This document shows, piece after piece, positions 1-10,800 of a stretch of 64,000 nt of DNA (position 1 is its first letter; each line of letters begins with the position of its first letter). Source of the DNA: Felis catus (taxonomy: Eukaryota); assembly GCF_018350175.1 (NCBI RefSeq), contig NC_058383.1, positions 16,556,001 to 16,620,000 of the forward strand. Direction: 5' to 3'. Below the pieces are notes generated by a model that worked only from the letters and a program-made list of their open reading frames with translations, was not told the origin of the DNA and ran no database searches. The translations under genes and the position numbers were made by a program.

Positions 1-360
1 AACACACAAACACTTTTCCCACACCAGACATATACTGCAAATATATTGTATATATACCAAAAACATGTGGGCATGCATACACAAACCACATGCATGCCAA
101 AAACACCACGCATATCACCCTTCGATCACATATACACGATAAATATATAACACACACTATGATACCTAAAACCCATACTGAACACAAAGGCATACCATAC
201 ATATACCAGAAACACAATGTAGGACACACATACTGCACAAAACACCATAAAATCAACAATCACATATATACAACAAAAATATAGAAAGGAGAGCACATGG
301 ACAGCACATTTACTACATAGATGCCAAATATTCACAAGATATAAAACAAACAAAAAATAC
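1..360. repeat. Low-complexity, degenerate CA/CATA-rich flank (A+C rich, G-poor on + strand)
   Basis: Sequence is dominated by ACAC/CATA/ATAC words (e.g. aacacacaaacac, catatacacg, cataccatacatatacc) with very few G. Composition changes abruptly to GC-rich satellite at 361. Confidence 0.85.
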
Positions 361-660
361 ACAGCTCCGTGCCTTAAGGGACGCTGCAGACACTGCTGAC
401 ACGAGGGAAGCAAGATGGGTTCTCGTAGAAGGATTGCCCATCGTGTCTTTCGAGCGAGTTCTGCATCCGGTGATGTCGTCGTATGGCCACACCGAGGTTT
501 TCCCACACCCTTGACTGTGTGAAACGAGGTGTCCGTCCGTGGGACAGGTGGAGTCACCATAGTGTGGTCTCTCCAGATGAGCTTAGGACAGTCAAACGCC
601 CAGGGTCGGTACACCTACTCCCACACTTCTGACTTCCCGGAGTCCACTGAGGCCAAGTGC

Positions 661-1279
661 GGTCGGTTACCGCACAGCCTTGCTTCTGGGAGATGCACAT
701 GGGGCGCCTCCCTGTGAGTCCCTGCAAGCATTTCCAACCCTTGTAACTTTAGGGGAAGGAGAAGTTGGTCGACATCTGGATCCCGCCCCCTGTTGGCTGC
801 ACAGCCTTGAGGGCACGGGGCTCGGCTCGTCGGCCCCACCGGGCTTCTCAGCAGACAGTTCGTGCTTAGGGAAATGGGGTGTCAGTTGAAAGAGGCCCTC
901 CGCACGAGTGTGCTTCCCCGAGATGAGTCGAGGGGACAGGCCCTGGCGGCCCCGCGGTGCTCTACAGCAAGGTCGGTTACCACACAGCCTTGTATCTGGG
1001 AGATGCACATGGGGCGCCTAATGTGAGGCCCCGCAATCATTTCCAACCCTTGTAACTTTAGGGGAAGGAGAAGTTGGTCGACTTCTGGACACCGCCCCCT
1101 GTTGGCTGCACAGCCTTGAGGGCACGGGGCTCGCCTCGTCGGCCCCGCCGGGCTTCTCAGCAGACAGTTCTTGCTTAGGGAAACGGGGTGTCAGTTGAAA
1201 GAGGCCCTCCGCACGAGTGTGCTTCCCGGAGCTGAGTCGAGGGGACGGGCCCTCTCGGCCCCGCAGTGCTCTCCAGCAA
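661..1279. repeat. Internal tandem duplication within the first monomer (661-970 and 971-1279)
   Basis: GGTCGGTTAC...CAGCAA occurs at 661-970 and again at 971-1279. Interior monomers have this segment once. Confidence 0.95.
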
Positions 1280-1864
1280 GCACTTCCGCCTTAGTGGAAC
1301 AACGTGTTGGTTGAAAGCTGGCTGTCCCCAACTGGAGTTTCTCTGGCAGAGTTCAGTCCCTGGGACTTTTCAGGCAGGCATGGCAGACTATTTCCAAGGC
1401 TTCTTCCTTCGTGAAGGGAGAAGGAAAGAGGGTGGTCCCACACTGAGGTTTCACAGAGTGGAGGCTCTAGCATTGCCCTGCGAATTGACCGAGGGGTTGG
1501 AAAGCCTGCCAACCTGTTGCAACCAGGCGTTGCTGAGCTGAAAAAGGCTTCCCACCGTGCTGTGTTTCACTCTGTGGCTCTTTGCTGCCTGGCTTCGCAC
1601 AGCTTTGCACACACGTCTAGCTTTGGGAAACGAGAGGGTCGTCACAGCAAGGATGCAGCCCAGTGTCGTTTCACCACAAGAGTGTGAGGCAGTCTCCGCA
1701 CAGGTCACGCCTCATTTCCCAGACACTTGTCAGTTGGGGAAACCCCAATATGTGTGAAACGCGTATCGCCGGACCGTGGTTCCACACAGCTCCCTTGGTG
1801 GACACGTCGTGTTCAGCGCCCCCGTCTCAGTGTTTCCAAGGCTTCTAACTGTGGGAACCAAGAT

Positions 1865-1881
1865 GTTCGTTCCAAGCGGGA
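1865..1881 (+). other. CENP-B box (first copy; one per monomer, e.g. 3273-3289 ... 63852-63868)
   Basis: GTTCGTTCCAAGCGGGA matches NTTCGNNNNANNCGGGN at all 9 essential positions. It matches the human alphoid box CTTCGTTGGAAACGGGA at 13 of 17 positions. Confidence 0.8.
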
Positions 1882-2498
1882 TCTTATGGCCCCACTCCGA
1901 AACCACCCCACAAGCACACTCCCACGGTCTTCCTTCCTGCACCTCAGCCCAGGGAGCTTACCATGTCGGCCAGCGTCAGTTTCCCAACACTTGTGTACCT
2001 TAGCCACACCAGCTGTCAGTGGCTAGACGGTCTCCCCACCTTGAGGCTTCTGAGAGGTGCGGAGACGCCACTGGCCTGAGAGCTCCGTTCTCGGCGGGCC
2101 GCTGCAGACACTGCTAACACGAGGGAAGCAAGATGGGTTCTCGGGGAAGGATTGCCCATAGTGGCTTAGGAGCGAGTTCTGCGTCCGGTACTGTCGTCAT
2201 ATGGCCCCGCCGAGCTTTTCCCACCCCCTTGACTGTGTGAAACGAGGTGTCCGTCCGTGGGACAGGTGGAGTCACCATAGTGTGGTTTGTCCAGAAGAGC
2301 TGAGGACAGTCTAACGCCCAGGGTCGGTACACCTACTCCCACACTTCTGACTTCCCGGAGTCCACTGAGGTCAGGTGATGTCGGTTACCGCACAGCCTTG
2401 CTTCTGGGCGACGCACATGGGGCGCATCCCTGTGAGGCCCCTCAAGCATTTCTAACCCTGGTAACTTTAGGGGAAGGAGAAGTTGGTCGACGTCTGGA

Positions 2499-2517
2499 CA
2501 CCGCCCCCTGTTGGCTG
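2499..2517 (-). promoter_or_regulatory. CTCF-like binding motif (representative copy; one per monomer, last at 63077-63095; two in the edge monomer at ~781-799 and 1090-1108)
   Basis: Minus strand reads CAGCCAACAGGGGGCGGTG. The core CCAACAGGGGGCGG matches CCASYAGRKGGCRS at 13 of 14 positions. This is a motif match only; binding is not shown. Confidence 0.6.
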
Positions 2518-4893
2518 CACAGCCTTGAGGGCACGGGGCTGGCCTCGTCGCCCCGCCGGGCTTCTCAGCAGACAGTTCGTGCTTAGGGAATCGGGGTGTC
2601 AGTTGAAAGAGGCCCTCCGCACGAGTGTGCTTCCCGGAGCTGAGTCGAGGGGACGGGCCCTCTCGGCCCTGCAGTGCTCTCCAGCAAGCACTTCCGCCTT
2701 AGTGGAACAACGTGTTGGTTGAAAGCTGGCTTTCCCCAACTGGAGTTTCTCTGGCAGAGTTCAGGCCCTGGGACTTTTCAGGCAGGCACAGCAGACTATT
2801 TCCAAGGCTTCTTTCTTCATGAAGGGAGAAGGAAAGAGGGTGGTCCCACACTGAGGTTTCACAGAGTGGAGGCCCTAGCATTGCCCTGCGAATTGACCGA
2901 GGGGTTGAGAAAGCCTGCCAACCTGTTGCAACCAGGCGATGCTGAGCTGAAAAAGGCTTCCCACCGTGCTGTGTTTCACTCTGTGGCTCTTTGCAGCCTG
3001 GCTCCACAAAGCTTTGCGCACACGTCTAGTTTGGTAAACGAGAGGGTCGTCACAGCAAGGATGCAGCCCAGTGTCGTTTCACCACAAGAGTGTGAGGCAG
3101 TCTCCGCACAGGTCATGCCTCGTTTCCCAGACACTTGTCAGTTGGGGAAACCCCAATATGTGTGAAACGCGTATCGCCGGATCGTGGTTCCACACAGCTC
3201 CCTTGGTGGACACGTCGCGTTCAGCGCCCCCGTCTCAGTGTTTCCAAGGCTTCTAACTGTGGGAACCGAGATGTTCGTTCCAAGCGGGATCTTATGGTCC
3301 CACTCCGAAACCACCCCACAAGCACACTCCCACGGTCTTCTTTCCTGCACCTCAGCCCAGGGAGCTTACCATGTCGGCCAGCGTAAGTTTCCCAACACTT
3401 GTGTACCTTAGCCACACCAGCTGTCAGTGGCTAGACGGTCTCCGCACCTTGAGGCTTCTGAGAGGTGCGGAGACGCCACTGCCCTGAGAGCTCCGTTCTC
3501 GGCGGGCCGCTGCAGACACTGCTGACACGAGGGAAGCAAGATGGGTTCTCGGGGAAGGATTGCCCATAGTGGCTTAGGAGCGAGTTCTGCGTACGGTACT
3601 GTCGTCGTATGGCCCCGCCGAGGTTTTCCCACCCCCTTGACTGTGTGAAACGAGGTGTCCGTCCGTGGGACAGGTGGAGTCACCATAGTGTGGTTTCTCC
3701 AGATGAGCTGAGGACAGTCTAACGCCCAGGGTCGTTACACCTACTCCCACACTTCTGACTTCCCGGAGTCCACTGAGGTCAGGTGATGTCGGTTACCGCA
3801 CAGCCTTGCTTCTGGGCGACGCACATGGGGCGCATCCCTGTGAGGCCCCGCAAGCATTTCTAACCCTGGTAACTTTAGGGGAAGGAGAAGTTGGTCGACG
3901 TCTGGACACCGCCCCTGTTGGCTGCACAGCCTTGAGGGCACGGGGCTCGCCTCGTCGCCCCGCCGGGCTTCTCAGCAGACAGTTGGTGCTTAGGGAAATG
4001 GGGTGTCAGTTGAAAGAGGCCCTCCGCACGAGTGTGCTTCCCGGAGCTGAGTCGAGGGGACGGGCCCTCTCGGCCCCGCAGTGCTCTCCAGCAAGCACTT
4101 CCGCCTTAGTGGAACAACGTGTTGGTTGAAAGCTGGCTTTCCCCAACTGGAGTTTCTCTGGCAGAGTTCAGTCCCTGGGACTTTTCAGGCAGGCACGGCA
4201 GACTATTTCCCAGGTTTCTTTCTTCATGAAGGGAGAAGGAAAGAGGGTGGTCCCACACTGAGGTTTCACAGAGTGGAGGCTCTAGCATTGCCCTGCGAAT
4301 TGACCGAGGGGTTGAGAAAGCCTGCCAACCTGTTGCAACCAGGCGTTGCTGAGCTGAAAAAGGCTTCCCACCGTGCTGTGTTTCACTCTGTGGCTCTTTG
4401 CAGCCTGGCTCCACACAGCTTTGCACACACGTCTAGCTTGGGAAACGAGAGGGTCTTCACAGCAAGGATGCAGCCCAGTGTCGTTTCACCACAAGAATGT
4501 GAGGCAGTCTCCGCACAGGTCATGCCTCGTTTCCCAGACACTTGTCAGTTGGGGAAACCCCAATATGTGTGAAACGCGTATCGCCGGACCGTGGTTCCAC
4601 ACAGCTCCCTTGGTGGACACCTCGCGTTCAGCGACCCCGTCTCAGTGTTTCCAAGGCTTCTAACTGTGGGAACCGAGATGTTCGTTCCAAGCGGGATCTT
4701 ATGGCCCCACTCCGAAACCACCCCACAAGCACACTCCCACGGTCTTCTTTCCTGCACCTCAGCCCAGGGAGCTTACCTTGTCGGCCAGCGTCAGTTTTCC
4801 AACACTTGTGTACCTTAGCCACACCAGGTGTCAGTGGCTAGACGGTCTCCCCACCTTGAGGCTTCTGAGAGGTGCAGAGACGCCACTGGCCTG

Positions 4894-7800
4894 ACAGCTC
4901 CGTTCTCGTGGGGCCGCTGCAGACCCTGCTGACACGAGGGAAGCAAGATGGGTTCTCGGGGAAGGATTGCCCATAGTGGCTTAGGAGCGAGTTCTGCGTC
5001 TGATACTGTCGTCCTGTGGCCCCACCGAGGTTTTCCCACCCCCTTGACTGGGTGAAACGAGGTGTCCGTCCGTGGGACAGGTGGAGTTACCATAGTGTGG
5101 TTTCTCCAGATGAGCTTAGGACAGTCTAACGCCCAGGATAGGTACTCCTACTCCCACACTTCTGACTTCCCGGAGTCCACTGAGGTCAGGTGATGTCGGT
5201 TACTGCACAGCCTTGCATCTGGGCGACGTACATGGGGCGCATCCCTGTGAGGCCCCGCAAGCATTTCTAACCCTGGTAACTTTAGGGGAAGGAGAAGTTG
5301 GTCGACGTCTGGACACCGCCCCCTGTTGGCTGCACAGCCTTGAGGGCACGGGTCTCGCCTCCTCGTCCCGCCGGGCTTCTCAGCAGACAGTTCGTGCTTA
5401 GGGAATCGGGTGTCAGTTGAAAGAGGCCCTCCGCACGAGTGTGCTTCACGGAGCTGAGTCGAGGGGACGGGCCCTCTCGGCCCCGCTGTGCTCTCCAGCA
5501 AGCACTTCCACCTTAGTGGAACAACGTGTTGGTTGAAAGCTGGCTTATCCCAACTGGAGTTTCTCTGGCAGAGTTCAGTCCCTGGGAATTTTCAGGCAGG
5601 CACGGCAGACTATTTCCCAAGTTTCTTTCTTCATGAAGGGAGAAGGAAAGAGGGTGGTCCCACACTGAGGTTTCACAGAGTGGAGGCTCTAGCATTGCCC
5701 TGCGAATTGACCGAGGGGTTGAGAAAGCCTGCCAACCTGTTGCAACCAGGCGTTGCTGAGCTGAAAAAGGCTTCCCACCGTGCTGTGTTTCACTCTGTGG
5801 CTCTTTGCAGCCTGGCTCCACACAGCTTTGCACACACGTCTAGCTTTGGGAAACGCGAGGGTCTTCACAGCAAGGATGCAGCCCAGTGTCGTTTCACCAC
5901 AAGAATGTGAGGCAGTCTCCGTACAGGTCATGCCTCGTTTCCCAGACACTTGTCAGTTGGGGAAACCCCAATATGTGTGAAACGCGTATCGCCGGACCGT
6001 GGTTCCACACAGCTCCCTTGGTGGACACCTCGCGTTCAGCGCCCCCGTCTCAGTGTTTCCAAGGCTTCTAACTGTGGGAACCGAGATGTTCGTTCCAAGC
6101 GGGATCTTATGGCCCCACTCCGAAACCACCCCACAAGCACACTCCCACGGTCTTCTTTCCTGCACCTCAGCCCAGGGAGCTTACCATGTCGGCCAGCGTC
6201 AGTTTCCCAACACTTGTGTACCTTAGCCACACCAGCTGTCAGTGGCTAGACGGTCTCCCCACCTTGAGGCTTCTGAGAGGTGCGGAGACGCCACTGGCCT
6301 CAGAGCTCCGTTCTCGTGGGGCCGCTGCAGACCCTGCTGACACGAGGGAAGCAAGATGGGTTCTCGGGGAAGGATTGCCCATAGTGGCTTAGGAGCGAGT
6401 TCTGCGTCTGATACTGTCGTCCTGTGGCCCCACCGAGGTTTTCCCACCCCCTTGACTGGGTGAAACGAGGTGTCCGTCCGTGGGACAGGTGGAGTTACCA
6501 TAGTGTGGTTTCTCCAGATGAGCTTAGGACAGTCTAACGCCCAGGATAGGTACTCCTACTCCCACACTTCTGACTTCCCGGAGTCCACTGAGGTCAGGTG
6601 ATGTCGGTTACCGCACAGCCTTGCATCTGGGCGACGCACATGGGGCGCATCCTGGTGAGGCCCCGCAAGCATTTCTAACCCTGGTAACTTTAGGGGAAGG
6701 AGAAGTTGTTCGACGTCTGGACACCGCCCCCTGTTGGCTGCACAGCCTTGAGGGCAAGGGGCTCGCCTCGTCGCCCCGCCGGACTTCTCAGCAGACAGTT
6801 CGTGCTTAGGGAAATGGGGTGTCAGTTGAAAGAGGCCCTCCGCACGAGTGTGCTTCCCGGAGCTGAGTCGAGGGGACGGGCCCTCTCGGCCCCGCAGTGC
6901 TCTCCAGCAAGCACTTCCGCCTTAGTGGAACAACGTGTTGGTTGAAAGCTGGCTGTCCCCAACTGGAGTTTCTCTGGCAGAGTTCAGTCCCTGGGACTTT
7001 TCAGGCAGGCACGGCAGACTATTTCCAAGGCTTCTTCCTTCGTGAAGGGAGAAGGAAAAACGGTGGTCCCACACTATGGTTTCACAGAGTGGAGGCCCTA
7101 GCATTGCCCTGCGAATTGACCGAGGGGTTGGGAAAGCCTGCCAAACTGTTGCAACCAGGCGATGCTGAGCTGAAAAAGGCTTCCCACCGTGCTGTGTTTC
7201 ACTCTGTGGCTCTTTGCAGCCTGGCTCCACACAGCTTTGCACACACGTCTAGCTTTGGGAAATGAGAGGGTCGTCACAGCAAGGATGCAGCCCAGTGTCG
7301 TTTCACCACAAGAGTGTGAGGCAGTCTCCGCACAGGTCATGCCTCGTTTCCCAGACACTTGTCAGTTGGGGAAACCCCAATATGTGTGAAACGCGTATCG
7401 CCGGACCATGGTTCCACACAGCTCCCTTGGTGGACACGTCGCGTTCAGCGCCCCCGTCTCAGTGTTTCCAAGGCTTCTAACTGTGGGAACCGAGATGTTC
7501 GTTCCAAGCGGGATCTTATGGCCCCACTCCGAAACCACCCCACAAGCACTCTCCCACGGTCTTCTTTCCTGCACCTCAGCCCAGGGAGCTTACCTTGTCG
7601 GCCAGCGTCAGTTTTCCAACACTTGTGTACCTTAGCCACACCAGCTGTCAGTGGCTAGACGGTCTCCCCACCTTGAGGCTTCTGAGAGGTGCGGAGACGC
7701 CACTGGCCTGACAGCTCCGTTCTCGGGGGGCCGCTGCAGACACTGCTGACACGAGGGAAGCAACATGGGTTCTCGGGGAAGGATTGCCCATAGTGGCTTA

Positions 7801-10800
7801 GGAGCGAGTTTTGCGTCCGGTACTGTCGTCGTATGGCCCCGCCGAGGTTTTCCCACCCCCTTGACTGTGTGAAACGAGGTGTCCGTCCGTGGGACAGGTG
7901 GAGTCACCATAGTGTGGTTTCTCCAGATGAGCTGAGGACAGTCTAACGCCCAGGGTCGGTACACCTACTCCCACACTTCTGACTTCCCGGAGTCCACTGA
8001 GGTCAGGTGATGTCGGTTACCGCACAGCCTTGTATCTGGGCGACGTACATGGGGCGCATCCCTGTGAGGCCCCGCAAGCATTTCTAACCCTGGTAACTTT
8101 AGGGGAAGGAGAAGTTGGTCGACGTCTGGACACCGCCCCCTGTTGGCTGCACAGCCTTGAGGGCACGGGTCTCGCCTCGTCGCCCCGCCGGGCTTCTCAG
8201 CAGACAGTTGGTGCTTAGGGAAATGGGGTGTCAGTTGAAAGAGGCCCTCCGCACGAGTGTGCTTCCCGGAGCTGAGTCGAGGGGACGGGCCCTCTCGGCC
8301 CCGCAGTGCTCTCCAGCAAGCACTTCCGCCTTAGTGGAACAACGTGTTGGTTGAAAGCTGGCTTTCCCAAACTGGAGTTTCTCTGGCAGAGTTCAGTCCC
8401 TGGGACTTTTCAGGCAGGCACGGCAGACTATTTCCAAGGCTTCTTTCTTCATGAAGGGAGAAGGAAAGAGGGTGGTCCCACACTGAGGTTTCACAGAGTG
8501 GAGGCCCTAGCATTGCCCTGCGAATTGACCGAGGGGTTGGGAAAGCCTGCCAACCTGTTGCAACCAGGCGTTGCTGAGCTGAAAAAGGCTTCCCACCGTG
8601 CTGTGTTTCACTCTGTGGCTCTTTGCAGCCTGGCTCCACATAGCTTTGCACACACGTCTAGCTTTGGGAAATGAGAGGGTCGTCACTGCAAGGATGCAGC
8701 CCAGTGTCGTTTCACCACAAGAGTGTGAGGCAGTCTCCGCACAGGTCATGCCTCGTTTCCCAGACACTTGTCAGTTGGGGAAACCCCAATATGTGTGAAA
8801 CGCGTATCGCCGGACCATGGTTCCACACAGCTCCCTTGGTGGACACGTCGCGTTCAGCGCCCCCGTCTCAGTGTTTCCAAGGCTTCTAACTGTGGGAACC
8901 GAGATGTTCGTTCCAAGCGGGATCTTATGGCCCCACTCCGAAACCACCCCACAAGCACTCTCCCACGGTCTTCTTTCCTGCACCTCAGCCCAGGGAGCTT
9001 ACCTTGTCGGCCAGCGTCAGTTTTCCAACACTTGTGTACCTTAGCCACACCAGGTGTCAGTGGCTAGACGGTCTCCCCACCTTGAGGCTTCTGAGAGGTG
9101 CGGAGACGCCACTGGCCTGACAGCTCCGTTCTCGTGGGGCCGCTGCAGACACTGCTGACACGAGGGAAGCAAGATGGGTTTTCGGGGAAGGATTGCCCAT
9201 AGTGGCTTAGGAGCGAGTTCTGCGTCTGGTACTGTCGTCCTGTGGCCCCACCGAGGTTTTTCCACCCCCTTGACTGTGTGAAACGAGGTGTCCGTCCGTG
9301 GGACAGGTGGAGTCACCATAGTGTGGTTTCTCCAGATGAGCTGAGGACAGTCTAACGCCCAGGGTCGGTACACCTACTCCCACACTTCTGACTTCCCGGA
9401 GTCCACTGAGGTCAGGTGATGTCGGTTACCGCACAGCCTTGCATCTGGGCGACGCACATGGGGCGCATCCCTGTGAGGCCCCGCAAGCATTTCTAACCCT
9501 GGTAACTTTAGGGGAAGGAGAAGTTGGTCGACGTCTGGACACCGCCCCCTGTTGGCTGCACAGCCTTGAGGGCACGGGTCTCGCCTCGTCGCCCCGCCGG
9601 GCTTCTCAGCAGACAGTTGGTGCTTAGGGAAATGGGGTGTCAGTTGAAAGAGGCCCTCCGCACGAGTGTGCTTCCCGGAGCTGAGTCGAGGGGACGGGCC
9701 CTCTCGGCCCCGCAGTGCTCTCCAGCAAGCACTTCCGCCTTAGTGGAACAACGTGTTGGTTGAAAGCTGGCTTATCCCAACTGGAGTTTCTCTGGCAGAG
9801 TTCAGTCCCTGGGAATTTTCAGGCAGGCACGGCAGACTATTTCCCAGGTTTCTTTCTTCATGAAGGGAGAAGGAAAGAGGGTGGTCCCACACTGAGGTTT
9901 CACAGAGTGGAGGCTCTAGCATTGCCCTGCGAATTGACCGAGGGGTTGAGAAAGCCTGCCAACCTGTTGCAACCAGGCGTTGCTGAGCTGAAAAAGGCTT
10001 CCCACCGTGCTGTGTTTCACTCTGTGGCTCTTTGCAGCCTGGCTCCACACAGCTTTGCACACACGTCTAGCTTTGGGAAACGCGAGGGTCTTCACAGCAA
10101 GGATGCAGCCCAGTGTCGTTTCACCACAAGAATGTGAGGCAGTCTCCGTACAGGTCATGCCTCGTTTCCCAGACACTTGTCAGTTGGGGAAACCCCAATA
10201 TGTGTGAAACGCGTATCGCCGGACCGTGGTTCCACACAGCTCCCTTGGTGGACACCTCGCGTTCAGCGCCCCCGTCTCAGTGTTTCCAAGGCTTCTAACT
10301 GTGGGAACCGAGATGTTCGTTCCAAGCGGGATCTTATGGCCCCACTCCGAAACCACCCCACAAGCACACTCCCACGGTCTTCTTTCCTGCACCTCAGCCC
10401 AGGGAGCTTACCATGTCGGCCAGCGTCAGTTTCCCAACACTTGTGTACCTTAGCCACACCAGCTGTCAGTGGCTAGACGGTCTCCCCACCTTGAGGCTTC
10501 TGAGAGGTGCGGAGACGCCACTGGCCTCAGAGCTCCGTTCTCGTGGGGCCGCTGCAGACCCTGCTGACACGAGGGAAGCAAGATGGGTTCTCGGGGAAGG
10601 ATTGCCCATAGTGGCTTAGGAGCGAGTTCTGCGTCTGATACTGTCGTCCTGTGGCCCCACCGAGGTTTTCCCACCCCCTTGACTGTGTGAAACGAGGTGT
10701 CCGTCCGTGGGACAGGTGGAGTTACCATAGTGTGGTTTCTCCAGATGAGCTTAGGACAGTCTAACGCCCAGGGTCGGTACACCTACTCCCACACTTCTGA

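Larger units (their letters stand above)
361..2078. repeat. Diverged edge monomer (1,718 bp = monomer plus 310-bp internal duplication)
   Basis: Aligns by eye to the interior monomer (acagctccgt...gctgcagacactgctgacacgagggaagcaagatgggttctc) but carries many private substitutions and one extra segment. Confidence 0.92.

Noticed and set aside
90..614. H/T/K-rich 64-aa ORF and hydrophobic 162-aa minus-strand ORF
   Set aside because: These are translation by-products of the CA/TG-biased low-complexity flank. The 162-aa frame simply crosses the satellite junction.
1786..1830. Additional weak CTCF-like words (minus-strand CCACCAAGGGAGC and GGGGGCGCTG)
   Set aside because: Each has several mismatches at core positions, and such words are expected in GC-rich sequence.
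1800..2335. Short words resembling 5S rRNA (minus-strand GGCCATAC, CTGAACGCG and GGGAGACCG in interior copies; plus-strand CAGGGTCGG), suggesting a 5S rDNA array
   Set aside because: The words are not colinear, are hundreds of bases apart and lie on mixed strands. I can see no 120-nt 5S gene with a T-run terminator, and no tRNA or snRNA gene.
2452..2590. Telomere-like hexamers (CTAACCCT, TTAGGG twice per monomer)
   Set aside because: Isolated single hexamers, never in tandem, and within chance expectation.
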